Assembly: GCA_913030605.1 (NCBI GenBank)
Contig: CAJWEZ010000008.1
Coordinates: forward strand, 2,266-66,265
DNA: 64,000 bases
DNA from: an uncultured Spirochaeta sp.
GTDB taxonomy: Bacteria; Spirochaetota; Spirochaetia; DSM-27196; Alkalispirochaetaceae
Direction: 5' to 3'
Shown here: positions 1-9,836 of the stretch, one piece after another
Layout: each line of letters starts with the position of its first letter
Numbering within the stretch: the stretch's first letter is position 1
Notes under the pieces: generated by a model
What the model saw: only the letters and a program-made list of their open reading frames with translations
The model's database searches: none
Told to the model about the DNA's origin: nothing
Translations under genes and position numbers: made by a program

Positions 1-3000
1 TCGCCCTGCGGACACCGCCACCGGACCACAGTATGCAGCACCTGACGGCGCTGGAAAAGGGTCAAACGATCGACCCTCAGGATCTGTCGCGTCGCCTGAC
101 GGACATGGGCTACTGGCGTGTCCCCCGGGTGAGCGTCCACGGCGAGTTTGCCCTCCGCGGAGAAGTTCTCGACGTATTCCTGCCAGGATGGGACGAGGCG
201 GTGCGCCTCGTGTTCGACTTCGACGAAATCTCGGAGATTCGTCTGTTCGACCCGACCAACCAGGCGTCGCTCCGAAAGCAGGATTTCGTTGAGTTGCACC
301 CGATGCGGGAAGTCCTGTGGACGGAAGAGGCGATGCAGCGGCTCGAAGAGGTGGTTGGGGCCTCCAGCGAGATTCGCCACAAGCGCGACGAATTCGCCGC
401 GGAACTCGCGGCCAGCAGGGAGCCGGGACCGTACTGGGCGGCGGCGGCGTTCTCCGACGGCCAGACGGTGCTCGACTACCTTCATCGGGACGTCCGCCTC
501 GTGTGGGTTGATCGTCAGCGAATCATCGCCGGATGGGAGGCCTACCGGAAGGAGTTCGAGACGGTCTTCGCGCAGGAGCACTTCCGGCGCCCCCTGCCGC
601 GACCGGAACGCGTGCTTGCCAATGTCGACGACCTGATGGCCCGCTCCACGGACCGCACGGTGGTCTTCGAGTCCCTGGCGGACGCCGACGACACCGCTGC
701 GTTGCGCTTTGCGTGCGATCCGCCGCGTTCGTTCTTCGGGAACGTGAGCTACCTCAAAGAGGAACTCTCCAGTCTGATCGCCAGCGGCAACCGCGTTTTT
801 GTCATGGCGGATACGGAGGCGCAGCAGAAGCGCATTGAATACCTTCTCCGGGACCTCGACGTGATCGTCTCGGCGGGCCACGTGTCCGGCGGCTTCGGTC
901 TTCCCGACCAGCGCTTCGTTCTGGTCCAGGAGAACGAGATTTTCGGCCGTCGAAAGCGCGCCCCAGCCAGCCTCAAGAAGGTGGAAAGTGCCCCCATCGA
1001 CACATTTGTCGAGTTGGATGAGGGCGACTACGTCGTCCACGTGAACTACGGGATCGGCATTTTCCGTGGTATCACCCGCATGAACGCGGCGGGCAACGAA
1101 CGGGACTACATTCAGCTGGAATACGCGGATCAGGAGGTGGTTTTTACCCCGATCGAGCAGGTCAACCTGATCCAGCGCTACATCGGCTCCGGCGGGCAGA
1201 ACCCGCGACTCGACCGCATCGGCGGCAAGAGCTGGGAAAAGCGTAAAAGCTCGGTTCGCAAGAACGTCGAGGACCTAGCCGATCGCCTTATCAGCCTCTA
1301 CAGTCGGCGGAAACAGGTTCAGGGTTTCGCATTTCCCGAGGACACCGAGTGGCAACTCGAGTTCGAGTCCGCGTTTCCCTACGAGGAAACCGAGGATCAG
1401 TTGCGCTGCATCGCCGAGATCAAACAGGACATGGAGCGTCCGCAGCCGATGGACCGCCTCGTGTGCGGCGACGTGGGGTACGGCAAGACCGAACTCGCCC
1501 TGAGGGCGGCGTTCAAGGCGGTGATCAGCGGCAAGCAGGTTGCGCTCCTGGCGCCGACGACGATCCTCGTGGAGCAGCACTATGAGAACATGGTGGAGCG
1601 TTTCGAGCGCTTTCCGGTGAAGATCGGCATGCTGTCGCGGTTCGTCACCAGACAGAAGCAGCGTGAGGTCCTGAAGGAACTCGAGGCCGGCGAACTTGAC
1701 GTGGTGATCGGCACGCACCGGGTTCTGCAGAAGGACGTGAACTTTGGTGACCTGGGGCTTCTGGTGATCGACGAGGAACAGCGCTTCGGGGTAAAGGCCA
1801 AGGAGCGCCTGAAGGAACTAAAGACAAATGTCGACACGCTCACCCTGACGGCGACGCCGATTCCCCGAACGCTCCACATGTCGCTCCTCCAGATTCGCGA
1901 TATGTCCCTGCTCACGACGCCGCCCCACAACCGGCACCCGATCCGCACGGTGATCTCCGAGTTCAACGAAGAGGATATCGCGATGGCCATACGTCGCGAA
2001 GTGGATCGCGGCGGACAGGTGTTCTTTCTGCACAACCGCGTCGAGACACTGGAGAACGTGACGCAGTTTGTCCGGAATCTCGTGCCGGAGGTGATGGTTG
2101 AGTTTGCTCACGGAAAGATGAGCTCCTCGGAACTCGAGGATATCATGCACCGATTCATCCACGGGGCGTTTCAGGTCCTCGTGGCGACCACGATCATCGA
2201 AAACGGCATCGATATTCCCAACGTCAACACGATCATCATCGACCGAGCCGACATGTACGGCATATCCCAGCTGTATCAGCTGCGCGGACGGGTGGGGCGC
2301 AGCGACAAGGTCGCCTACGCCTACCTGTTCTATCCGGAAGAGCGCGCCCTCACGGAACTGGCAATGAAGCGCCTTCAAATCATCAGCGACTTCACCGAAC
2401 TCGGCAGCGGATTCAAGATCGCGCTGAAGGACCTGGAGGTGCGCGGCGCCGGGAACCTGCTGGGGAGCCAGCAGAGCGGTGACATCCTCTCCGTCGGCTT
2501 CGACCTGTATCTCAAGCTGCTCGACGAGGCGATCCGCGAGCGAAACACCGACGCCGAGGCTGCGGCGGAGGACGAGGTGTACCTGGAGCTGGAGTACACC
2601 GGGTTTATCCCCGACGGGTACATCGAGGAGCCGATGGAAAAGATGGAGGTCTACAAGAAGATCGCCGGCGTATCCACCGAAAGCCAGATGGAGTCGCTGG
2701 TTGCGGAAATCGAGGACCGCTTCGGCCCCATGCCCGAGGAGGTCCAGAGTCTCCTCTCGCTTGCCGAAATCCGGATTCTCGCCCGGAGACTCCATATCGC
2801 ATCCATGAAGGAGCGCCGCGGAGCGCTGCACGTGGAGTTCGGCAAGGTTGCCTCGGTATCGGTGGATCGGGTACTGTCGCTGATCCAGAACTCAGGGGGA
2901 AACGTTCGCCTGGATCCGAACCAGGCCAACGTTCTGATCATGGACACCGGGCGCGTCGGTCTGAAGGAGAAATCGGAGTTCATCCGCGGGCGCCTCGCCC

Positions 3001-3011
3001 AGCTTCTCTAG
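1..3011 (+). CDS. mfd: Transcription-repair coupling factor Mfd (5'-truncated by window edge)
   Basis: UvrB-like N-terminus, CarD/RID segment (EGDYVVHVNYGIG), Walker A GDVGYGKT, DEEQRFG, QLRGRVGRS, C-terminal TRCF domain. The reading frame is open upstream of the ATG at 33, so the true start is probably before base 1. Confidence 0.96.
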   Translation, partial: ALRTPPPDHSMQHLTALEKGQTIDPQDLSRRLTDMGYWRVPRVSVHGEFALRGEVLDVFLPGWDEAVRLVFDFDEISEIRLFDPTNQASLRKQDFVELHPMREVLWTEEAMQRLEEVVGASSEIRHKRDEFAAELAASREPGPYWAAAAFSDGQTVLDYLHRDVRLVWVDRQRIIAGWEAYRKEFETVFAQEHFRRPLPRPERVLANVDDLMARSTDRTVVFESLADADDTAALRFACDPPRSFFGNVSYLKEELSSLIASGNRVFVMADTEAQQKRIEYLLRDLDVIVSAGHVSGGFGLPDQRFVLVQENEIFGRRKRAPASLKKVESAPIDTFVELDEGDYVVHVNYGIGIFRGITRMNAAGNERDYIQLEYADQEVVFTPIEQVNLIQRYIGSGGQNPRLDRIGGKSWEKRKSSVRKNVEDLADRLISLYSRRKQVQGFAFPEDTEWQLEFESAFPYEETEDQLRCIAEIKQDMERPQPMDRLVCGDVGYGKTELALRAAFKAVISGKQVALLAPTTILVEQHYENMVERFERFPVKIGMLSRFVTRQKQREVLKELEAGELDVVIGTHRVLQKDVNFGDLGLLVIDEEQRFGVKAKERLKELKTNVDTLTLTATPIPRTLHMSLLQIRDMSLLTTPPHNRHPIRTVISEFNEEDIAMAIRREVDRGGQVFFLHNRVETLENVTQFVRNLVPEVMVEFAHGKMSSSELEDIMHRFIHGAFQVLVATTIIENGIDIPNVNTIIIDRADMYGISQLYQLRGRVGRSDKVAYAYLFYPEERALTELAMKRLQIISDFTELGSGFKIALKDLEVRGAGNLLGSQQSGDILSVGFDLYLKLLDEAIRERNTDAEAAAEDEVYLELEYTGFIPDGYIEEPMEKMEVYKKIAGVSTESQMESLVAEIEDRFGPMPEEVQSLLSLAEIRILARRLHIASMKERRGALHVEFGKVASVSVDRVLSLIQNSGGNVRLDPNQANVLIMDTGRVGLKEKSEFIRGRLAQLL

Positions 3012-3024
3012 GAGGCGCGCACAC

Positions 3025-3759
3025 ATGGAGCCGACGATGAACGAAGAAGCGATCCAGAAGCTGCGCGAGAACCGGAGTTTTGTAATCCGGCAGGCTCGCA
3101 TGAGTCCGCACCAGAAGCGCGCCTACGAACGGTTGGCGCCTCAGTACTGCGTACCCTTCGAGGGGCAGGAAGACCGGGGGCCGCTCGACTGGGAATCCCT
3201 CTTCGAGCGTACCGGTGCGCGACGCATACTCGATATCGGGTTTGGCATGGGACTCGAGCTCGCGGAACTGGCGCAGGCGCACCGCGACACGGACTTTCTC
3301 GGCGTGGAGGTCCACAAGCCGGGCGTGGGCCGTCTCCTGGGCCAGATCGAGGAACGGGAACTCACCAACGTCCGCGTCGTCCGCTACGACGCCGTTGTTG
3401 TCTGCCACCAACTCATCCCCAGGGCGACGCTGGACGGCGTGCACCTGTTTTTTCCCGACCCATGGCCCAAGAAACGCCACCACAAACGGCGACTGGTACG
3501 CCCGGGCTTCCCGGAGCTTGTGGCCCCGCTGTTGACGCCGACCGGTTACTTCTACACGGTGACCGACTGGGAGGACTACGCCCTCCAGATGCGCCACGTT
3601 CTCGACGAGTCACCGGTCCTCCGGAATCGCTACGGCGACAGGTTCGCGCCGCCCCAGGAGTGGCGTCCACAAACCGCGTTCGAGCGCAAGGGGCTCGAAA
3701 AGGGACATCAGATTTTCGAACTCGTCTACGAACGGCAGGACCTTGGCGATCGTGCATAG
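3025..3759 (+). CDS. trmB: tRNA (guanine-N7)-methyltransferase
   Basis: LDIGFGMG, FLGVEVH, FFPDPWPKKRHHKRRL, TDWEDYA, T.FERK motifs; GGAGG SD upstream. Confidence 0.95.
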   Translation: MEPTMNEEAIQKLRENRSFVIRQARMSPHQKRAYERLAPQYCVPFEGQEDRGPLDWESLFERTGARRILDIGFGMGLELAELAQAHRDTDFLGVEVHKPGVGRLLGQIEERELTNVRVVRYDAVVVCHQLIPRATLDGVHLFFPDPWPKKRHHKRRLVRPGFPELVAPLLTPTGYFYTVTDWEDYALQMRHVLDESPVLRNRYGDRFAPPQEWRPQTAFERKGLEKGHQIFELVYERQDLGDRA

Positions 3760-3783
3760 GTATGCTATGTTGACTGCATACTT

Positions 3784-5130
3784 ATGTTGGACAACTCTTT
3801 TTTCGCGCGACACGCCGAGGCGGCGGCCCGGCACAACACGATCGATCCGGGGCTTCACCGGCGGTTCAACACCAAACGGGGCCTGCGAAACGACGACGGT
3901 ACCGGCGTTCTGATCGGCCTCACCGAAATCGGTGAGGTTCACGGCTATTACATCGATGACCAGGAGCGCATGCCGGACGAGGGCCGCCTCTCGTATCGCG
4001 GTATCAGCGTCACAGACCTGGTTCAGGGATTTCAGTCCGATCACCGGTTCGGCTTCGAGGAGGCGGCCTATCTGTTGCTGTTCGGACGCCTGCCCACGAG
4101 GGGAGAGCTCGACGAGTTCTGTTCCGTCCTCGGCGAACGGCGTGGGCTACCGGACGGATTCACCGAGGACATGATCCTCAGCGCCCCGAGTTCCAACATC
4201 ATGAACAAGCTGGCGCGATCGGTGCTGGCGGCGTACTCCTACGACGACAATCCCGAGGACCTTGCGATCGACAACGTCCTTCGACAGTCGGTCGAACTGA
4301 TCGCACGATTCCCGACTATGGTGGCGTACGGCTATCACGCCAAACGCCGGTATCACCACGGCGAGAGTCTGTACCTTCACAGTCCGGATCCCGGCCGGTC
4401 CACGGCGGAGAATTTCCTGTCGATGATCAGACCGACGCAGGAGTACACCCCGCTGGAGGCGGAACTGCTGGACCTGGCGCTTGTCCTCCACGCCGAGCAC
4501 GGCGGGGGCAACAACAGTGCGTTCACGATCCACGTTGTCTCCTCCGCGGCAACCGACACCTACAGCGCCGTGGCCGCCGCCGTGGGCTCACTGAAGGGGG
4601 CCAAACACGGCGGCGCCGCCGGCCACGTGCGGGCGATGATGCGCGATATCGAAACCAACGTCGACGACTGGTCCGACGACGGCCAGGTGGCCGACTATCT
4701 CCGGCGGATTCTCCGGAAGGATGCCTTCGACCGTTCCGGCCTGATCTACGGTGTCGGGCACGCCGTCTACACGCTGTCCGACCCCCGCGCGGTCCTGCTC
4801 GGCTCCAAGGCGCGGGAACTCGCGGCGGAACACGGAGAGACCGCGCGCATGGAACTCTACGATCGTGTCGCGCGCCTGGCGCCGGAGGTATTCCGCGAGG
4901 AGAAGCGGACCGAGCAGATCATCGCTCCGAATGTGGATTTCTACTCCGGTCTGGTCTACTCGATGCTCAATATCCCCGAGGAACTCTTTACACCGATCTT
5001 CGCCGTGGCGCGCATCGCCGGCTGGTCCGCCCACCGGATCGAGGAACTGGTGAGCGGTGGGCGCATTATCCGGCCTGCATACAAAAACATCCTGGGACGC
5101 CGGACCTACACTCCCATCGACCGGCGGTGA
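3784..5130 (+). CDS. gltA: Citrate synthase (citrate/2-methylcitrate synthase family)
   Basis: GRLSYRG, LHAEHGGGNNSAF, KHGGA, GVGHAVY, PNVDFYSG, ARIAGWSAH motifs. Confidence 0.92.
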   Translation: MLDNSFFARHAEAAARHNTIDPGLHRRFNTKRGLRNDDGTGVLIGLTEIGEVHGYYIDDQERMPDEGRLSYRGISVTDLVQGFQSDHRFGFEEAAYLLLFGRLPTRGELDEFCSVLGERRGLPDGFTEDMILSAPSSNIMNKLARSVLAAYSYDDNPEDLAIDNVLRQSVELIARFPTMVAYGYHAKRRYHHGESLYLHSPDPGRSTAENFLSMIRPTQEYTPLEAELLDLALVLHAEHGGGNNSAFTIHVVSSAATDTYSAVAAAVGSLKGAKHGGAAGHVRAMMRDIETNVDDWSDDGQVADYLRRILRKDAFDRSGLIYGVGHAVYTLSDPRAVLLGSKARELAAEHGETARMELYDRVARLAPEVFREEKRTEQIIAPNVDFYSGLVYSMLNIPEELFTPIFAVARIAGWSAHRIEELVSGGRIIRPAYKNILGRRTYTPIDRR

Positions 5131-5167
5131 GGGCGGTGCCGGCGGTAGCGGCGGTAACGGCGGTCAC
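5123..5167. repeat. Five tandem 9-bp units GGCGGT-NNN
   Basis: ggcggtgag / ggcggtgcc / ggcggtagc / ggcggtaac / ggcggtcac, starting in the last gltA codons. Confidence 0.85.
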
Positions 5168-5189
5168 TGGGCGAGACGGCGCGGGTCAC

Positions 5190-5220
5190 AAAAAAACCCG
5201 GACGCCTGAGCGTCCGGGTC
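5190..5220 (-). terminator. Intrinsic terminator of tRNA-Val
   Basis: Minus strand: ACCCGGACGC-tcag-GCGTCCGGGT followed by a T-run (A-run at 5190-5196 on the + strand). Confidence 0.9.
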
Positions 5221-5236
5221 GGTGGCACGTGCCGTG

Positions 5237-5309
5237 TGGGCGAAGAGGGATTTGAACCCCCGACATCCTGCTTGTAAGGCAGGCGCTCTCCCAGCTGAGC
5301 TATTCGCCC
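5237..5309 (-). tRNA. trnV: tRNA-Val (TAC), CCA not encoded
   Basis: Minus strand GGGCGAATAGCTCAGCTGGGAGAGCGCCTGCCTTACAAGCAGGATGTCGGGGGTTCAAATCCCTCTTCGCCCA; anticodon stem CCTGC/GCAGG with loop CTTACAA; T-loop GTTCAAATC. Confidence 0.97.
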
Positions 5310-5321
5310 GAAGGTAGCGGG

Positions 5322-5350
5322 AATATAGCAGGGCCCCCGGGACCTGTCAA
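5322..5350 (-). promoter_or_regulatory. sigma70-type promoter for tRNA-Val
   Basis: Minus strand TTGACA (5350-5345), 17-nt spacer, TATATT (5327-5322). Confidence 0.8.
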
Positions 5351-5485
5351 TGGTGACGGCCTCCGGGGTGCGAGCAACCGGTACCCGCGCGTCGCCCGCA
5401 CCGTGCGTCACGGGGCACCCGATCGGTACGGCCGTACGGGTAGCTGTCACGCGGTGCCCGGGTATGCTATGCTCCGCACCGCACT

Positions 5486-7519
5486 ATGGCAGAGAAGACA
5501 CGCAACATCGGCATCATGGCGCACATCGACGCCGGGAAAACCACGACGACCGAACGGATTCTGTACTACACCGGAAAGTCCCATCGAATCGGCGAAGTTG
5601 ACGACGGCGCCGCCACAATGGACTGGATGGAACAGGAACAGAACCGCGGTATCACGATTACTTCGGCGGCGACCACCACGTTCTGGCGCGATCACAAGAT
5701 CAACATTATCGACACCCCGGGTCACGTCGATTTCACTGCCGAGGTCGAACGCAGCCTCCGCGTTCTGGATGGCGCAATCGCGATCTTCTGCGCCGTCGGT
5801 GGCGTTGAACCGCAGTCCGAGACCGTCTGGCGTCAGGCCAATGCCTACGAGGTGCCACGCATCGGATTCGTCAACAAGATGGACCGGATCGGCGCCGATT
5901 TCTTCGCCGTCCTTGCCGAGGTTCGGGACAAGCTGGGGGCGGTGCCGGTTGCGCTTTCGATCCCGATCGGTCGGGAAAACGAGTTCGAAGGGGTTATCGA
6001 CCTGTTCACCATGGAGGAACGCCGGTGGCACGAAGACGACCAGGGGCGTTCCTTCGAAATGCACCCCATCCGCGATGAACTCCGTCCTCTGGCGGATGAA
6101 TGGCGGGAGAAGCTGATCGACGCGGTGTCGGCCTATTCCGACGAGATTACCGAACTGGTCCTGGAGGATCAGGAGGTGCCGGTCGAGCTGATCAAGGAAG
6201 TGCTGCGGGAGCAGACGATGGCACGAACGCTGTTTCCGGTTCACGTCGGTGCAAGCCTTCGGAACATCGGCGTACAACCGCTGCTCGATGCAGTGATCGA
6301 TTTCCTGCCGGCGCCGGAGGAACTGCCTCCGATCCAGGGGCATCATCCCAAGACCGGGGACATAGTGGATGTGGACCGCAGCCTCGACGGCCAGGCGGTC
6401 GGCATGGTGTTCAAGATTCAGGCTGACCGCGACGCCGGCAGTTACTCCTTCGTGCGCATGTACCAGGGAACGCTCAAGTCCGGCTCTGCGATTTTCAACC
6501 ACAACCAGGGCAAACGCGAACGCGTCAATCGCATTCTGCGAATGCACGCCAACCGTACCGAACAGGTCGACCGGATCGAGGCAGGCGACATCGCCGTCGT
6601 CGTCGGGTTCAAGCTTGCGCAGACGGGAGATACGATCGGAAGCGAGGGTCGCCCGGTGGTTCTGGAGCGCATGCACTTTCCGGAACCGGTCATCTCGGTT
6701 GCAATCGAACCTCAGACGCTGAGTGAGCGCGATCGCCTCAAGGACGTGCTGGCGATCCTGACACGGGAGGATCCCACCTTCCTGTGGAAGGAGGACCAGG
6801 ATACCGGCGAGCTGATCATTTCCGGTATGGGAGAGCTGCACCTCGACGTGCTTGTCACCCGCATCGTTTCGGACTACAAGGTGCACGCCAAGGTCGGCAA
6901 CCCCCAGGTTACCTACCGTGAGACGATCACCGGGGAGATTACCCACCGCGAAAAGTTCGACCGCATTATCGGAGGCAAGGAGAACCGGGCCGATATCACG
7001 CTCCGGGTGTACCCGCGGCGCCGGGGCGAGGGGAACACCTTCGAGAACCTGGTCAAACCGGATGTACTCCCGACTCCGTTCGCGGCCGCCGTCGAACGCG
7101 GCATCACCGCGGCGTTCAACTCCGGTATCCGGTGGGGCTATCCGGTCATCGACATCGGCGTGGAGCTCGTGAACGCATCCTACGACGAACTGACTGCGAC
7201 GGAGTTCGCGTTTGAGGCGGCGGCATCGGTGGGCTTCGACACCGCCTGCAGCGACGCCGGCGCTCAGCTCATGGAACCCGTCGTGAACGTAACGGTCATG
7301 ACCCCGAAAGAGTTCATGGGGGATGTGATTAGCGGAATCACCACCCGCGGAGGCCTGGTCCACGCGGTGGAAAGCCGTCCCGCGGCGGAACAGATCGCGG
7401 CGGAGGCGCCACTGCGAGCGATGTTTGGATACAGCACGGCGCTGCGGAGCACGACCCAGGGACGCGGCAACTACGCCATGGAGTTCTCTCACTTCGCGCC
7501 CAGCGACAAGCAGATGTAA
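5486..7519 (+). CDS. fusA: Elongation factor G paralogue, spdEF-G2/recycling-type
   Basis: Canonical G motifs [29 protein letters not shown]; domain IV lacks the usual KQSGG.GQ.G and H-D-V-D-S loops. Confidence 0.88.
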   Translation: MAEKTRNIGIMAHIDAGKTTTTERILYYTGKSHRIGEVDDGAATMDWMEQEQNRGITITSAATTTFWRDHKINIIDTPGHVDFTAEVERSLRVLDGAIAIFCAVGGVEPQSETVWRQANAYEVPRIGFVNKMDRIGADFFAVLAEVRDKLGAVPVALSIPIGRENEFEGVIDLFTMEERRWHEDDQGRSFEMHPIRDELRPLADEWREKLIDAVSAYSDEITELVLEDQEVPVELIKEVLREQTMARTLFPVHVGASLRNIGVQPLLDAVIDFLPAPEELPPIQGHHPKTGDIVDVDRSLDGQAVGMVFKIQADRDAGSYSFVRMYQGTLKSGSAIFNHNQGKRERVNRILRMHANRTEQVDRIEAGDIAVVVGFKLAQTGDTIGSEGRPVVLERMHFPEPVISVAIEPQTLSERDRLKDVLAILTREDPTFLWKEDQDTGELIISGMGELHLDVLVTRIVSDYKVHAKVGNPQVTYRETITGEITHREKFDRIIGGKENRADITLRVYPRRRGEGNTFENLVKPDVLPTPFAAAVERGITAAFNSGIRWGYPVIDIGVELVNASYDELTATEFAFEAAASVGFDTACSDAGAQLMEPVVNVTVMTPKEFMGDVISGITTRGGLVHAVESRPAAEQIAAEAPLRAMFGYSTALRSTTQGRGNYAMEFSHFAPSDKQM

Positions 7520-7596
7520 CCGCCCCGGTGCCGCCCGCGCTGCGTTGTCGGCACCGCGGGCCCGCGCCATCCCTCCCGGCGTGGGCATCCTTTCAC

Positions 7597-7625
7597 TTGA
7601 CAACGCCTGAGACCCATTTGAGAAT
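7597..7625 (+). promoter_or_regulatory. Putative sigma70 promoter for second EF-G paralogue
   Basis: TTGACA (7597-7602), 17-nt spacer, GAGAAT (7620-7625); AAGGAG SD before ATG 7658. Confidence 0.55.
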
Positions 7626-7657
7626 AGACGCTCACATTTCACAGTGAAGGAGCGTTC

Positions 7658-9733
7658 ATGGCGTACACCACGGACAAGATTCGGAACATCGCGGTTGCTG
7701 GACACGGCGCAACCGGAAAGACCTCCTTCGTCGAACAGCTTTTGGTTGCCGGTTCGGCAATCTCGGCACCGGCGACGGTTGAATCAGGGAAAACGGTGAG
7801 TGACTATACTCCCGAGGAGATCGAGAATGGGATCTCCATCCACACCTCCCTGTCCAACATTCCGTGGAACGACCACAAGGTCAACATCCTCGACACCCCC
7901 GGCTCGTCCGATTTCGTCGGCGAGGTCGTGACGGCGTTCCGGGCGGCTGAATCCGCGGTCATCATGGTCGGCGCCCGCGCCGGCGTACAGATCGAAACGA
8001 TCAAGCTGTGGCGGCGATTGGACCGGCGCAATATGCCGCGGATGATCTTCATCAACCGGATGGACGAGGAGCGCGCGGACTACGACGCGGTTCTCGAGGA
8101 CCTTCGCGCCAAGTTCGACCTGACGCTGGTACCGATCACGATTCCAATCGGCAGCGCCGGCGATTTCTCGGGCGTTGTCGACCTCATCGGAAACGTCGCA
8201 TGGATGGCCGGCGACGGGGCGGAGAAGAAGTCCGACATCCCGGATTCGATGGCCGCCGACATCGAGAAATACCGCGCGCAGCTGGTAGAAGCGGCCGCCG
8301 AAGGCGACGATGAGCTGACGATGAAGTACCTCGAGGAGGAGTCGCTCACCGAGGACGAGATCCATCGGGGCATCACGGAAGGCCTCAGGGACGACAAGAT
8401 CGTCCCGGTGTTCTGCGGGAGTGCCCTCCAGAACTCCGGCCTGCAGGTGTTTCTCGACTTTCTGACGTGGGCCGCTCCGTCTCCGGCGGGTGTCACCGAA
8501 GTTGTCGTGGACCAGGAGGGCAACGAGTCCGACTACACGGTCAGCGCCGAGACCTCCTTTGCAGCCCTCAACTTCAAGACCACGCTGGATCAGTTCAGCG
8601 GCAAGCTTTCGTTTGTGAAGGTCATGGGCGGCGTGCTGCGCTCCGACACGGAGTTCGTAATCGACCGGGACGGCAAGAAGGTGAAGGGCGGCAAGATCTA
8701 CACGGCCCTTGGCAAGAAACTGACCGACGTCGACGAACTGGACGCCGGTGACATCGGTGTCATCGCCAAGATCAACGACGCCCACACCAACGACACGTTC
8801 CACGCGCCGGATGTGTTTATGCATTTTCGACCGCTGCAGTTGCCGTCGCCGGTGTACAGTCTCGCGATCTCGGCGGGCAGCAAAAAGGACGAAGACAAAC
8901 TCAACGAGCAGCTCGTGCGGGTGACCGAGGAAGACAAGACGTTTACCGTGACGTTCGATCCGGAGACCCACGAGACAGTCATTGCCGGCATGGGCGAACT
9001 GCACATCAACACGATTCTCAACAAGATCAAAACTTCCCAGAAGATCGAGGTGGAAACGCGACCGCCGAGGGTGGCGTACCGCGAGACGATCACCAAGTCC
9101 ACCGAGACAAGCTACCGTCACAAAAAGCAGTCCGGCGGCCATGGGCAGTTCGGTGAGGTGCACATTCGCGTCCGGCCCCTCGACCGTGGGCAGGAGTACG
9201 ACTTCGCCAACGAGATCAAGGGCGGTGCCGTCTCCAAGGGGTACATTCCGGGCATCGAAAAGGGATTCCACGAGGCGATGGAACACGGTGTCCTGGCGGG
9301 GTATCCCGTTCGGGATGTCGGCGTCGTGCTGTTCGACGGCAAGGAGCACCCGGTCGACTCCTCGGAAATGGCGTTCAAGATCGCTGCACGGGGCGCCCTG
9401 AAGCAGGCGATGCAGGAATGCGGCCCCGTCCTCCTCGAGCCGGTGATGAAACTATCGGTCTTCATCGAGGACCAGTACCTCGGCGACGTCCTCTCCGACA
9501 TGAGCTCCAAGCGCGGGCGTGTCCTGGGACAGGAGCAGCTCGGTGGCGGAATCGTCGAGATCGACGCACTGGTACCCCAGGCCGAGATGCTGCGGTACGC
9601 GATCGACCTCAAGTCGATGACCGCCGGTACCGGCAGTTTCGAGATGACCTTCGATCACTACGATCCGGTCCAGGGAAAGATCGCCGAGGATATCATCGCC
9701 GCCTCCACCTACCAGGAGCAGGAAGAGCACTGA
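7658..9733 (+). CDS. Elongation factor G-like protein (EF-G II subfamily)
   Basis: Divergent G motifs GHGATGKTS, EIENGISI, DTPG, NRMD; conserved SGMGELH-like AGMGELH, KKQSGGHGQFG, DGKEHPVDSSEMAFK. Confidence 0.88.
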   Translation: MAYTTDKIRNIAVAGHGATGKTSFVEQLLVAGSAISAPATVESGKTVSDYTPEEIENGISIHTSLSNIPWNDHKVNILDTPGSSDFVGEVVTAFRAAESAVIMVGARAGVQIETIKLWRRLDRRNMPRMIFINRMDEERADYDAVLEDLRAKFDLTLVPITIPIGSAGDFSGVVDLIGNVAWMAGDGAEKKSDIPDSMAADIEKYRAQLVEAAAEGDDELTMKYLEEESLTEDEIHRGITEGLRDDKIVPVFCGSALQNSGLQVFLDFLTWAAPSPAGVTEVVVDQEGNESDYTVSAETSFAALNFKTTLDQFSGKLSFVKVMGGVLRSDTEFVIDRDGKKVKGGKIYTALGKKLTDVDELDAGDIGVIAKINDAHTNDTFHAPDVFMHFRPLQLPSPVYSLAISAGSKKDEDKLNEQLVRVTEEDKTFTVTFDPETHETVIAGMGELHINTILNKIKTSQKIEVETRPPRVAYRETITKSTETSYRHKKQSGGHGQFGEVHIRVRPLDRGQEYDFANEIKGGAVSKGYIPGIEKGFHEAMEHGVLAGYPVRDVGVVLFDGKEHPVDSSEMAFKIAARGALKQAMQECGPVLLEPVMKLSVFIEDQYLGDVLSDMSSKRGRVLGQEQLGGGIVEIDALVPQAEMLRYAIDLKSMTAGTGSFEMTFDHYDPVQGKIAEDIIAASTYQEQEEH

Positions 9734-9836
9734 CGCCGGGGTGGTTCGGGCGCCGCCGTGCCACCGCGCGCGGCGCCCCTGCCGTGCTGCCGGCGTCGTT
9801 GACACGATCGACCGGCCACCGGCTACACTACCGCCA

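Noticed and set aside
5123-5167. Repeat array as a CRISPR
   Set aside because: Units are 9 bp with 3-nt variable parts, far too short; no cas genes.
5130-5480. tRNA-Val as a possible island or prophage integration site
   Set aside because: No integrase, phage or IS genes in the window, no duplicated tRNA 3' end noticed, and the flanks are housekeeping genes.
5447-7705. 752-aa minus-strand ORF (also 7784-9349, 17979-19493, 55120-57129, 57231-58799, 58827-60938, and + strand 19555-21480)
   Set aside because: Antisense shadows of well-supported genes. High GC3 codon bias suppresses stop codons on the opposite strand, and the translations show no family motifs.
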